Both the position numbers and the translations under genes were made by a program. Positions 18,721-28,453 of a stretch of 64,000 nucleotides of DNA are shown piece after piece. The notes under the pieces were generated by a model. It saw nothing but the letters and a program-made list of their open reading frames with translations. It was not told the DNA's origin and did no database searches. Origin of the DNA: Candidatus Latescibacterota bacterium. GTDB taxonomy: Bacteria > Latescibacterota > UBA2968 > GCA-2709665. The stretch lies in NCBI GenBank assembly GCA_965219995.1, contig CBDCOX010000002.1, forward strand, positions 576,001 to 640,000. Direction: 5' to 3'. Every line of letters begins with the position of its first letter. Position 1 is the stretch's first letter.

Positions 18721-20436
18721 GTGTTCAAATATGGACGGTCTTGGCTATATAGTCTCGTGATAACGCTTATGGCGGCGGTTTGTGAGGACGCGTCGGCGGC
18801 CGGTCGCGTCCTCGTACGCAACGTGCGGGTGGACGGGGCCCATCGGATGTCGGAAGATCGTGTTCGGGGCTGGCTGACCACGCGCGCCGGCCTGCCGGTG
18901 GACAGCCTGCTGCTCGCGAACGACATGAGACGAATTCTGAACGGATATCGAAGAGCCGGATACTGGCAGGTATCCGTCGCGTATCCCGTGGTGGACCTGA
19001 ATCGGGGACGTGTGCGTTTTCGCGTCGAGGAGGGGAGACCCACCCTGATCGGTTCGGTCGAGATTTCCGGCAACCGGACCGCGGCGACCGACTCCCTGTT
19101 GGACGCGATGACCGCCCGCGCCGGGCGGCCGCTGGTAACGGAGTCCCTCGATTCGGACCTGGAGGCGCTCGTCCGTTTTTACGAGAACCGCGGGTATCCC
19201 TATTGTTCGCTGGCGCCGGAGGTGCGTGTTCTGCCGGGCAGCGACACGGCGCGGGTCCGGATTGCGGTGGAGGAGGGTCCCCTTGTGCGCGTGGATACGA
19301 TCCGCTTCACGGGCAACCGGATCACCCGTGTCGAGACACTCGTTAGAGAGATGCGGAGTACTCAGGGCAGGCCCTACGATCAGCGCCGGGTCGACCGCGC
19401 GCTGCGTGCGCTCCGACGGCTTCCGTTTCTGCTGGACGTGGATGACCCGGTGTTGGAGGCCGAGCCCGACGGACGTACGGCGCTGGTGGTTTCCGTCCGC
19501 GAAGCGCCGGCGGGGCGGATCGAAGGCGTCGTGGGCGTGGCGCCCCCATCGCGGGATGGCGCGCGGGGACTGACCGGATCGTTCGCCATCGCATTCGCCA
19601 ATCTGATGGGGAGCGGGCGGCAGACCGCCGCCTCGTGGTCGCGCAGGGGGCCCGCGGCGTCCGATCTGGATCTGCTCTATTTCGAACCGTGGATTCTGAG
19701 CCGGCCGTTAGGCCTGGATGCGACGCTTCTGATGCGGCAACGGCCCGGATTCGCCGAAGACCGGGTCGGTCTCGGCGTCAATCTGTCAACGGCCGGCGGC
19801 GTCGAAGTCCGGATCGGTGTTTCCGGGGGCGGCGTCCGACCGGATTCGAGCGGGGCGCCAGGTTTTGTGAAGGGTCGACTGTCATCTCTGGATGGTACGC
19901 TCGAATTCGACCGCAGAGACGATCGGTGGAATCCGATGGCGGGATCGATGTACCGTATCGGCCTCGTCTGGAGCCGCGTGACGCAGAACGACGACGCCGG
20001 CCGCAGGTTGCGCGCGACCGCGGAACTGCATCGAATTCAGGCGCTGGGGCGGCGGACGGCGCTCGCGGCGACCCTGCACGGCGCCGGCGTGGCGGAAAAC
20101 GGGGTCGCGCTCCCGGACGGACCGTTGCGACTTGGGGGCGCGACGACGATTCGAGGGTATCGCGAGGAGGCGTTTCTGGTGAACCGGGCGTTATGGACGA
20201 ATCTGGAGTGGCGGCTTATATTGGGTCGCCGGTCGCGGGCGTTTCTTTTCGTGGACGCCGGCGTTCTGAGGAATGCCGCGGGGGTTGAAGAGAACGGGCT
20301 GCGCTTCCCGCTGGGATTCGGGCTGGGGATGCGTACCGTATCCCGGCTGGGGACCATCGGGCTGGATTACGGTTTGACGAGAACCGACAACCTGGGGCGG
20401 GGAAAGGTGCACGTGCGTATGGTGAATGATTTCTAG
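18721..20436 (+). CDS. Omp85/BamA-TamA family outer-membrane protein with POTRA domains
   Basis: Repeated POTRA motifs (VEEG, IRFTGN), LGGATTIRGY barrel signature, C-terminal Phe. Confidence 0.88.
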   Translation: MFKYGRSWLYSLVITLMAAVCEDASAAGRVLVRNVRVDGAHRMSEDRVRGWLTTRAGLPVDSLLLANDMRRILNGYRRAGYWQVSVAYPVVDLNRGRVRFRVEEGRPTLIGSVEISGNRTAATDSLLDAMTARAGRPLVTESLDSDLEALVRFYENRGYPYCSLAPEVRVLPGSDTARVRIAVEEGPLVRVDTIRFTGNRITRVETLVREMRSTQGRPYDQRRVDRALRALRRLPFLLDVDDPVLEAEPDGRTALVVSVREAPAGRIEGVVGVAPPSRDGARGLTGSFAIAFANLMGSGRQTAASWSRRGPAASDLDLLYFEPWILSRPLGLDATLLMRQRPGFAEDRVGLGVNLSTAGGVEVRIGVSGGGVRPDSSGAPGFVKGRLSSLDGTLEFDRRDDRWNPMAGSMYRIGLVWSRVTQNDDAGRRLRATAELHRIQALGRRTALAATLHGAGVAENGVALPDGPLRLGGATTIRGYREEAFLVNRALWTNLEWRLILGRRSRAFLFVDAGVLRNAAGVEENGLRFPLGFGLGMRTVSRLGTIGLDYGLTRTDNLGRGKVHVRMVNDF

Positions 20437-20450
20437 AAGAAGATCGGATG

Positions 20451-20475
20451 GCAGGGGCAGGCTTCAAACCTGCAC
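20451..20475. repeat. REP-like palindrome (degenerate copy of the 58548 element)
   Basis: GCAGGGGCAGGCTTCAAACCTGCAC between convergent genes. Confidence 0.6.
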
Positions 20476-20512
20476 TTTCCGTGAGCAAACAGGAGATTTC
20501 TGCTCGACTCTT

Positions 20513-21328
20513 TCAAAATGGAAACAGGACGGGGGCATTCCCGGGCGTGAGCGGTGCGCCGTATTCGCAGACCTGAAAGGCTTCGGCGTAACGGACGGCG
20601 CGCCCGCGATGCTCGCCGTATCGGTCGACGAGAAGGGCGCGGTGGCGGTCCGCAACGGCCTTGAATTGCTCGAGCCTGTGTTCCAGCCACTTTCTGCGTT
20701 GGCCGGGCGATTTCGGCACGTCGTCGAGGTGGCCGGCTTTGTACGGCAGCCACTCGTACATCTGCGAAGTGTGGCAGTGCAGCATATCGAGCTTCTTGTC
20801 GACAACGGCGTCGATGTCGATAGCCACCTCGGGCGCAAAGGGCGCGGGAAACCGGAAGTTGTCGCTCAGATAGGCGATCACGGGGTTGTAGGATAGCGCG
20901 GGCACGTCCGTACAGACGTTGGGTACGGTGACCATATAGGCCGCGTCCTGAACCAGGATGGCGGTATACCGATGGTCCGGATGGTAATCGTTGGGCCGAT
21001 GGGTGAGGATGAGGTCCGGCGTATAGGAGCGGATCATGCGGATAACGTTCTTGCGATTCGCCAGCGTGGGTTCCAGTTCGCCGTCGTGGTTGTCCATCAC
21101 GTGGTATTCGATGCCCGCCACGGCGCCGGCGGCTTCGGCTTCCGCCCGCCGCCTGCGCGCGAGCGCGATGCCCCCCGTCTCGTGATGGCCCGCGTCTCCG
21201 TTTGTGATAGAGATGAAACGAACGTCGTGGCCGAGCGCCGCGTAGTGGATGGCAAGGCCGCCGGCCTTGATATCGCAGTCGTCGGGATGCGCCCCGAAGA
21301 CGATGACTCTGAGGGATCGGTTCCGCAC
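20513..21328 (-). CDS. PIG-L/LmbE family N-acetyl deacetylase
   Basis: GAHPDDCD, TNGDAG, DYHPDH, HTSQ, YAEAF motifs; start taken at GTG just after the upstream stop. Confidence 0.9.
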   Translation of the reverse strand: MRNRSLRVIVFGAHPDDCDIKAGGLAIHYAALGHDVRFISITNGDAGHHETGGIALARRRRAEAEAAGAVAGIEYHVMDNHDGELEPTLANRKNVIRMIRSYTPDLILTHRPNDYHPDHRYTAILVQDAAYMVTVPNVCTDVPALSYNPVIAYLSDNFRFPAPFAPEVAIDIDAVVDKKLDMLHCHTSQMYEWLPYKAGHLDDVPKSPGQRRKWLEHRLEQFKAVADRHRALLVDRYGEHRGRAVRYAEAFQVCEYGAPLTPGNAPVLFPF

Positions 21329-21335
21329 GGTCGGC

Positions 21336-23051
21336 TCAGTTCGGGTTCGGGTGGTAGATGGCCTCGATCGAAATCCCGGTCCGGTCCCGGGGCAAGGACG
21401 CAAGGCAGACGGGTTCCCGGTACCGGATTCCCGTATCCGGTCGCACGGCGACACCGTCCACCAGGATCTTATTCATCGCCGCGCCGGCGAATTCCTGTGG
21501 TATCTGGATGCGGAGATCCGGGTGAGGCGAACGGCCCTGAAGGTTGAAGTTCAGTCTTGAACCTTCCCATTTCAGGTGGGTGATTCGCCACGAATCGCGT
21601 GCGCTCCAGAAGGCCGCCCACTGGTCGAACGACCAGATCGGCAGGCCGAATCTGTTCGCCTGGCGCAGCAGTTCCCGGCCCTGGTCCTCGGAAAACCTGA
21701 CCCAGTTTCCCGGGTGGATGCAGGCGCCGTAGGGGGTATGGAACCGGGTCGTGATATCGGTGAAGATACGCTCCAGCATCACTGAGAACACAGGCGGCGA
21801 CAGCTTGTAGGAATAGTCCTGTGGGCCGAACCAGCCGTCGTCGATCACGTGGGTGTGCTGCTGGTAGACGTTGACGAGGCGGCCGTCCGGGTGGCAGAAG
21901 CGCATCGGGAGCGCCGCGCCGAAAGCCGCGTAGGGCGCGCTCTCCCGGTCTCTCATATAGGTTCCTGAAAAGTAGTTGCCGTCCATCTGTATGCCCAGTT
22001 TTTCCATCACGTCCACGAGGTCCAGATATCCCGCCCACGCGGTGCAGTGATTGCGCACGGTACGCGCGGGAATCCGGAACTTCTCCTGGAACATGCGCAC
22101 CTGGCGCTCGAATTCGGCAACGCGTTCCTTTACCGGACGGCCATCCAGCGGGCGAAGGTTCGGGTGCGGCCCGACGTCGTGGGCGCCGGCGTATCTCGCC
22201 ACGTCTTCCGGCGTGGATTTGGTATGGTTGGGGATGATGTACAGGCTCATGCGCCCCCCTGCATCGGAAACGCCCCTGAACTCATCCTCGTTCGAAGCAA
22301 CGTCGGCGTAGTCCTCGTCGCCGGAGTACAGCAGGATGCCCGGCGCGGTGCCGGGAAGGTGGGACAGAAAGGGCGCCGGCGCGGGCAGATACCGGCGGGT
22401 CAGGTCCACGAGCAGCCGGGAGAGCAGGTCGGCATGGGGAATCCAGCCGGCATCGTACGGGCCCACCCGCGCGGCCATGTGCGTTGGCCGTGCGCATCCG
22501 TCGCCGTCGGGAATGCGCTCTGCAAGGCCGGGATCGCCCTGGCGCAGCAAGAGTACGCAACGGGGCAGGTCGAAGGCGAAGGCGACGATTCTCCCGCTGC
22601 CGAGGCGGGTCTCCGAAATGCCGACGGTTTCGCCGTCATAGCGCCCCGGATGAGACAGGAAGGCCAGCGGTTTGGCGGTTTCCGAATGTTCCCACTCGTG
22701 AGTGGACCCCACGACCGGAACGAATTCGCCGGCCAGGCCGCCGGTGGGATACGCGACGTTCCGCAGCCGCTGCGGCGGTTCTTTCGTGCCCCGCACCTTC
22801 AGCCCGGCCGCGCGCGCAAGCGCCCTTCCCGGCAGGAAACAGACAACCGTGCCTCCCCTCCGGGCGTAATCCGTGAGCCTGGCATCGTCCTGATTCGCCG
22901 GACACACAAGAACGGGAATCCCGGCGGGCTGCAGGCTGGGTAACCGGTCGCGGGTAACCGGCGTAACCAGCGGAAGCCCCCAGGACTTGAAGATCTCGTC
23001 GATGTACGCCGAAAGATTGGACCGGCCTGTCAGAATTCCGATCTGCATCAT
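21336..23051 (-). CDS. Hypothetical protein with polysaccharide-deacetylase (NodB)-like C-terminal domain
   Basis: YSGDED, HDVGPHP, RNHC and IHP motifs resemble CE4/NodB-fold proteins; start overlaps the stop of the upstream gene. Confidence 0.5.
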   Translation of the reverse strand: MMQIGILTGRSNLSAYIDEIFKSWGLPLVTPVTRDRLPSLQPAGIPVLVCPANQDDARLTDYARRGGTVVCFLPGRALARAAGLKVRGTKEPPQRLRNVAYPTGGLAGEFVPVVGSTHEWEHSETAKPLAFLSHPGRYDGETVGISETRLGSGRIVAFAFDLPRCVLLLRQGDPGLAERIPDGDGCARPTHMAARVGPYDAGWIPHADLLSRLLVDLTRRYLPAPAPFLSHLPGTAPGILLYSGDEDYADVASNEDEFRGVSDAGGRMSLYIIPNHTKSTPEDVARYAGAHDVGPHPNLRPLDGRPVKERVAEFERQVRMFQEKFRIPARTVRNHCTAWAGYLDLVDVMEKLGIQMDGNYFSGTYMRDRESAPYAAFGAALPMRFCHPDGRLVNVYQQHTHVIDDGWFGPQDYSYKLSPPVFSVMLERIFTDITTRFHTPYGACIHPGNWVRFSEDQGRELLRQANRFGLPIWSFDQWAAFWSARDSWRITHLKWEGSRLNFNLQGRSPHPDLRIQIPQEFAGAAMNKILVDGVAVRPDTGIRYREPVCLASLPRDRTGISIEAIYHPNPN

Positions 23052-24220
23052 CCGGTCCTTTCGGGCATCGTGCCGGAGGGCCTTGCGTTTGCGGGACGGA
23101 AGTCGGGGACGTTCATGGGTTGGGTCCCTCGGTCGATAGACTCCGCCGCCAGGATGGCCGGTGCGGCGGTCTCGATTGCCCGGTACACGTCGAATTCGAG
23201 GGCCTTCCCTTCACGGACGGCGTCCCGGAACGCGGCATGTACGTAGTAGTCGGCGTCGCCGTGGCCGCTTGCCCGCGCTTCGGCGGGTGCGCCGGTGCGC
23301 TCGAAGCGCCAGTCGACTTCGGCCATATCGTGCATCTGGTCGTCGGCCAGCCACATGAGCGGACGCCCTCTCTGCGATCGCTTCCATTCGACGCTGCCCC
23401 TGGTACCGAGCACCTGGTACCAGTGGTGACCCCGGCTGCTGGGTATCTTCTGCGTGAATCCGGCGGCCATCCTCAGGATCGCATCCTTCTCCGTCTTCAT
23501 CAGCGCCACCTGGATATCGGGCTGGCCGATTTCCGGATGGGAATAACTGGGCGCCGCGGTGCTCATGGCCGTCACTTCCACCACGCGGTCGTCCAGTACC
23601 CTGAGCATGGGGCTGAGTTCGTGGGGAAGGTAGTGGATGGGCGGCATTTCGTGGAGCCAGGTCGGTCTGGCGCTTGCGTGCCCGCCCAACTGTTCCACCG
23701 AATGGAATTCTCCGGTGTCCGGGTCCTGAAAGAACTGGCGCGTGCCGTAGTACCCGATATACTGGCCTTCGCAGAAGGTGACCCTGCCCAGCCGTCCACG
23801 CGCCACCAGGTCCCGCCAGGTGTCCACGAAACCCCAGTATCTCGTTTGTTCGGCCAGCTGGTAGACCAGGCCCGTGCGCTCGACCTGCGTGACGATGCGC
23901 CAGCAGTCTTCCAGGGTATGGGCTGCCGGAACCTCGGAGTTCACGTGTTTGCCTGCTTCCAGGGCCATGGCCGCCAGTGCGCCCTGCTCCCTGCAGCGGA
24001 CGCACAGGGCGATGGCGTCCACGTTATTGTCGGCGAGGATGTCATCGTAAACCGCATACGCTCTGGCCGGGTTCTCGACCGCGGACAGCGCCCGTTCGTG
24101 CAGCGCGGCGATCGGGTCGCAAACGGCCGTTATACGGTAACCGCGGAGGCGCTGAAGCAGGCGGAGCCAGTGCAGACCCCGGTGGCCGAGGCCCACGAGG
24201 CCCACGCGAATGTCATCCAT
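23048..24220 (-). CDS. Gfo/Idh/MocA family oxidoreductase
   Basis: GLVGLGHRG, AGKHVNSEVPAA, SGHGDADY. Confidence 0.88.
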   Translation of the reverse strand: MDDIRVGLVGLGHRGLHWLRLLQRLRGYRITAVCDPIAALHERALSAVENPARAYAVYDDILADNNVDAIALCVRCREQGALAAMALEAGKHVNSEVPAAHTLEDCWRIVTQVERTGLVYQLAEQTRYWGFVDTWRDLVARGRLGRVTFCEGQYIGYYGTRQFFQDPDTGEFHSVEQLGGHASARPTWLHEMPPIHYLPHELSPMLRVLDDRVVEVTAMSTAAPSYSHPEIGQPDIQVALMKTEKDAILRMAAGFTQKIPSSRGHHWYQVLGTRGSVEWKRSQRGRPLMWLADDQMHDMAEVDWRFERTGAPAEARASGHGDADYYVHAAFRDAVREGKALEFDVYRAIETAAPAILAAESIDRGTQPMNVPDFRPANARPSGTMPERTG

Positions 24221-24360
24221 TGGGAACCTCGGATCGTTGTCCGGCGAATGGCGGGGATGGAATGCCGGGCCCGCATCAGGCGGCCGTGGCGGGAGCCTTA
24301 CGAATATACGGATCTTTGGCCGTCGCGCAAGCGCATCGATCGACAGCCGCTCTCACGGAG

Positions 24361-25590
24361 TCACTGGACCGTGGGTTTTGGGGGACCGGGATCGGATGCG
24401 CGATGAACGTAGTACAGTCCGATGCCGCAGGCCACCGCCCCCAGTGCGAATACGGTGCCGATGGCGAAGGGCACCGACGTACCCCAGTCGATGAGTTTGC
24501 CGCCGCCCAGGCTGCCGGAGAGCATGCCGGCGCTCCAGGCCACGTGCGCGCTGCCGACCACCCGGCCCTCTTCTCCCTCCCGGGCGGTCAACTGGAGGAT
24601 ACCGGGCATGGTGGTGGAAAGGGACCAGGCGAAAACGGATGCCACGATCCCGAAAATGTACAGGCCGGCGAGCGTGTGTGCTGTAAACGTCAGGCCCACG
24701 GCACTGACGGCCACGAGCGAGGACGAGATGACGACGGGCCTCCAGCGGCCGATGCGATCGACCAGCCGGCCGGTCAGCAACTGGGAGCCGCAGGCTGCGA
24801 CCAGGCTGATGGCGCTGTACGTGGTGACGGACGTGTTGGTTCCGGAGACCCGGAAGATGAGCAATGGGATGAGCAGAGTCACGGCGCCCCAGTAGCTGGT
24901 GGGCAGGTACCGGATGGCCAGCAGCAGACGGACTTCGCGGCGGCGGCACAGGTCGATGAATCCGGCAAGAGACCGGGTGGCCGATCCGCCGGCATTCCGG
25001 GGACGGGGCAGGCTGGGCAACAGGACGAGCGACAGAACGACGATACCCGCGGCGGTGGCGCAGGCCAGAACCCCGAGGCGTTCGTATCCCAGGTTGTCGG
25101 CGATGGGACCGGCCAGCAGGTTGCCCGCGGCGCTGCCGAGCGTGCTGCTCAGGAAATATCCGCCGGCCGCCATGCCCAGGATGCGTGCGGGAACGGCGCC
25201 CAGCAGATAGCTCTGTCCGCCCGTGCTGCTGAATCCGAAGGTCATGCCCAGGCCGATACAAAGGGCGGAAAGGAGGTACGGATCGCCGGTCAGAAAGATG
25301 GCCCCCGCCAGCAGCGGCCCGAACTGGCCCAGAATCAGCACTCGCTTGATGCCGAAGGCGTCGCACAGCATGCCGGCGGGCACGGAGCAGAGGCCTCCCA
25401 GCATGAAGAAGAGGCCGCGCAGACCGGCCGAAAAGAGGGGGGAGCGGGCAAGACCGGCTTCCACGTATACGGGGAGGAGCGAGGAATAGAGAGGACTGGA
25501 GACGAAACTGGCAAGAAAGGAAACGAGGAGCAGGGCGACGAACCGACGGTTCAGCAACGCCTTCAGGCCTGCGGAGGAATATTCGGTCAT
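24361..25590 (-). CDS. Major facilitator superfamily transporter
   Basis: 12 TM helices; GMLCDAFGIKR and GRLVDRIGRWR motif A copies. Confidence 0.9.
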   Translation of the reverse strand: MTEYSSAGLKALLNRRFVALLLVSFLASFVSSPLYSSLLPVYVEAGLARSPLFSAGLRGLFFMLGGLCSVPAGMLCDAFGIKRVLILGQFGPLLAGAIFLTGDPYLLSALCIGLGMTFGFSSTGGQSYLLGAVPARILGMAAGGYFLSSTLGSAAGNLLAGPIADNLGYERLGVLACATAAGIVVLSLVLLPSLPRPRNAGGSATRSLAGFIDLCRRREVRLLLAIRYLPTSYWGAVTLLIPLLIFRVSGTNTSVTTYSAISLVAACGSQLLTGRLVDRIGRWRPVVISSSLVAVSAVGLTFTAHTLAGLYIFGIVASVFAWSLSTTMPGILQLTAREGEEGRVVGSAHVAWSAGMLSGSLGGGKLIDWGTSVPFAIGTVFALGAVACGIGLYYVHRASDPGPPKPTVQ

Positions 25591-25680
25591 TGGTGAACCG
25601 GATTTGGGCGATTCGCGTTCGAAAGCGCTGGACAACGAAATGCGGCGAAATCATATTACGATGTGGCCTGAAACCCGACT

Positions 25681-25709
25681 ATTATGGACGATCGCAGCCG
25701 CAATGTCAA
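25681..25709 (-). promoter_or_regulatory. Sigma70 promoter for the MFS operon
   Basis: Minus strand TTGACA, 17-nt spacer, CATAAT. Confidence 0.55.
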
Positions 25710-25780
25710 CCGAAAAGGGGATTCGCGGGGCGGAAGCGCGCTCGGGGTCATTGGCGGATGTCGGCACAGAGGGGTCTGGT

Positions 25781-26311
25781 ATGGCGACAAAGAAGAAGAA
25801 GGTGATTCCAGGCTGGACCGGGAGGTACTATGAGGATTTCGCCGAGGGCGAAGTCTACCGGAGCCGGTTCGGCCGGACGGTCACGGAGGCCGACAACCAG
25901 CTGTTCACGCACCTGACCCTGAATACCAATCCGCTCCACTTCGACGAGGAGTATGCCCGGCGGACGCGGTGGGGGAAGATCCTGGTGAACAGTACCTTTA
26001 CGCTTTCGCTGGTCGTTGGCATGAGCGTCCCCGACGTGAGCGAGCAGGCAATGGCGAATCTGGGATGGAGCGAGGTCCGGCTGCCCCATCCGGTATTCGT
26101 AGGAGATACGCTCTATTGCGAGACGGAGGTGCTCGCCATGCGTGAGTCCGGGTCGTTCCAGGAAGCGGGCATTGTGACGGTTCGGACGCGGGGCGTGAAT
26201 CAGGACGGCCGGGTCGTTATCGATCTGACTCGCAGCGTAATGGTGTACAAGCGGGCGCATGCGCCGTCGGGAAGCGCCTTTCCCGAGATTCGCGAGGAGA
26301 CGGACGGGTGA
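25781..26311 (+). CDS. MaoC-family (R)-specific acyl-CoA hydratase/dehydratase
   Basis: GRYYEDF, RTVTEADN..FTHLTLNTNPLHFD, PVFVGDTL. Confidence 0.9.
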   Translation: MATKKKKVIPGWTGRYYEDFAEGEVYRSRFGRTVTEADNQLFTHLTLNTNPLHFDEEYARRTRWGKILVNSTFTLSLVVGMSVPDVSEQAMANLGWSEVRLPHPVFVGDTLYCETEVLAMRESGSFQEAGIVTVRTRGVNQDGRVVIDLTRSVMVYKRAHAPSGSAFPEIREETDG

Positions 26312-27156
26312 ATGCGATGCGGTCCTGGCTCTTTGTTCCGGGACACCGGCAGCGGATGATCGACAAGGCGGCCGGATTGCCGGCGGACGTTCTGATTTAC
26401 GATCTGGAGGACGGCGTTCCGGCGGACGCGAAGGACGCCGCCCGCCGGCAGGTCGCCGCCGCGCTGGGTGCGGCGTCCGGTCGCCCGGCGCGGTACGTGC
26501 GCGTCCATCCGGCCGGGTCCGCCGAATGGGACGCCGATCTGGATGCGGTCGCGCGTCCCGGGCTGCAGGGACTCGTGTTGCCCAAGGTGCAGGGGCCTGA
26601 GGACGTACTTCAACTGTGTGGAAGGCTGGACCGGCAAGAGGCGTCGACCGGGATGAAATCAGGCGGTGTCAGGCTGCTGGCAACCATCGAAAGCGCCGCG
26701 GGCCTGGTTCAGGCCCCCTCAATTGCTTCCGCAACGCCCAGGCTGGTGGGGCTTATGTTCGGCGCGGAGGACTTCGCGCTGGATCTGGGCCTCTTGTCGC
26801 GCCCGGGACAGGGGCTTGTCGCCTACGCCCGATCGGCGCTGACGGTGGCCGCGGCGTGCGGTCGAATCCGGGCTGTAGACAAGGTTTATACGGACGTCCG
26901 GGATCCTGACGGATTGGTCATGGAGGCGCGGGAAGCCCGGGGTCTGGGGCTTGCCGGAAAGGCCGTGATACACCCGGGTCAGATCGATGCCGTGAATGAA
27001 ATCTTCAGCCCTTCGGAAGTCGAGGTAAGCCGGGCCCGTCGAATCGTCACGGCATTCGAAGGCCGGCCGGGCGGCGGCGCGGCATCCGTGGACGGAAAGA
27101 TGGTGGACCGGCCGGTTCTGGAGCAGGCGCGAAGAATTCTGGATCGTCTCGAATAG
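26308..27156 (+). CDS. CitE-like acyl-CoA lyase (HpcH/HpaI aldolase/citrate lyase family)
   Basis: RSWLFVPG, YDLEDGV, LPKV, IESA, FGAEDF, GKAVIHPGQI, DGKMVDRP. Confidence 0.9.
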   Translation: MNAMRSWLFVPGHRQRMIDKAAGLPADVLIYDLEDGVPADAKDAARRQVAAALGAASGRPARYVRVHPAGSAEWDADLDAVARPGLQGLVLPKVQGPEDVLQLCGRLDRQEASTGMKSGGVRLLATIESAAGLVQAPSIASATPRLVGLMFGAEDFALDLGLLSRPGQGLVAYARSALTVAAACGRIRAVDKVYTDVRDPDGLVMEAREARGLGLAGKAVIHPGQIDAVNEIFSPSEVEVSRARRIVTAFEGRPGGGAASVDGKMVDRPVLEQARRILDRLE

Positions 27157-27168
27157 CGGGAGAACCCG

Positions 27169-28374
27169 GTGGGAGAACAAAATCAACACCCGCCCCTGGA
27201 AGGAATGAGGATTGTCTCGGTGGAGCAGTTCGGGGCCGGCCCGTGGGGCACGATGATGCTGGCGGACCTGGGGGCGGAAGTCATCAAGGTCGAGAACCCC
27301 GAGACCCGCGGCGACGTCGCGCGTTACGTGCCGCCATATACCGTCGAGCAGGACAGCCTTTACTTCCAGAGTTTCAACCGGAACAAGAAGAGCATCACGC
27401 TGAATCTGCGGCGCCCGGGGGCCACGGAGGTGCTGCACCGGCTGGTCAGCATTTCGGACGGGGTGTTCAACAACCTGCGCGGAGACCTTCCCGCCCGGCT
27501 CGGGCTCGACTATCCGGCTCTGTGCGAGGTCAAGGCTTCGATCGTGTGCTGCTCCCTCTCCGCGTTCGGGCGCGGCGGACCCCGGGCGGAGGAGCCGGGT
27601 TACGACTATCTGATGCAGGGATATGCGGGCTGGATGAGCCTTGCGGGGGAGCCCGGCGGCCCGCCGACCAAAACCGGACTCTCGCTTGTGGACCTCGCCG
27701 CGGGTACCCTGGCGAGCCTGGGCATGGCGAGCGCGATCTTCCGGGCGAGGCGGACGGGACTTGGGTGCGACGTGGACGTGAATCTGTTCGACACGGCGCT
27801 GGCGCATCTGGGGTACGTGGCGGCGTGGTACCTGACGAAGGGGTATCAGGCGCATCGGACGCCCGATTCATCGCACCCCTCGCAGGTCCCGTCGCAGGTG
27901 GTGCCGACCCGCGACGGATGGCTCGTGATCATGTGCGCAAAGGAGAAGTTCTTTCGAAATCTGGTACACGTGCTGGGAGCGCCGGAACTGGCTGAGGACA
28001 GCCGATTTTCATCGTTCGCGGATCGCCTGGAGAACAGGGAGATTCTGGTTCCGATCCTGAAGGACCGATTCCGCACGAAAACAACCGCCGACTGGCTGGC
28101 GCTGCTCAGGGGCAAGGTGCCCTGCGCCCCCGTGAATACGGTTGCGGAGGCCTTTGCCGACCCGCACGTCGCCGAGAACGACATGATCCTGGATTTGCCG
28201 CATCCGCAATTCGGCGCCGCCCGGGTGGTCGCCAGTCCCGTCAAGGTCGGCGGCGCGTCGGTCCAACACCGGCGAGGGCCCTCATTGGGAGAGCATAACG
28301 GCTCGATTCTGGGCGAGTATCTCGGGTATTCCGACCACGAGATCGAGAAGCTCCGCAGCGACGGCGCCATTTGA
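27169..28374 (+). CDS. Family III CoA-transferase (CaiB/BaiF)
   Basis: AGPWGTMMLADLGAEVIKVE, NRNKKSITLNL, PGYD, PSLGEHN. Confidence 0.92.
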   Translation: MGEQNQHPPLEGMRIVSVEQFGAGPWGTMMLADLGAEVIKVENPETRGDVARYVPPYTVEQDSLYFQSFNRNKKSITLNLRRPGATEVLHRLVSISDGVFNNLRGDLPARLGLDYPALCEVKASIVCCSLSAFGRGGPRAEEPGYDYLMQGYAGWMSLAGEPGGPPTKTGLSLVDLAAGTLASLGMASAIFRARRTGLGCDVDVNLFDTALAHLGYVAAWYLTKGYQAHRTPDSSHPSQVPSQVVPTRDGWLVIMCAKEKFFRNLVHVLGAPELAEDSRFSSFADRLENREILVPILKDRFRTKTTADWLALLRGKVPCAPVNTVAEAFADPHVAENDMILDLPHPQFGAARVVASPVKVGGASVQHRRGPSLGEHNGSILGEYLGYSDHEIEKLRSDGAI

Positions 28375-28453
28375 ATGAATGCGACGGGAAGGACAACACG
28401 GCCGAGCCGCGAGCCGACCGCAGCGGATCGGGCGCCACAATAAAGGAGGCCCA

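Noticed and set aside
23120-25654. Overlapping 428-539 aa alternative-frame ORFs (similar ones occur at 281-1570, 32063-33433 and 50187-51689)
   Set aside because: They lie antisense or out of frame to well-supported genes and have low-complexity R/G/P/A composition typical of GC-rich shadow ORFs.
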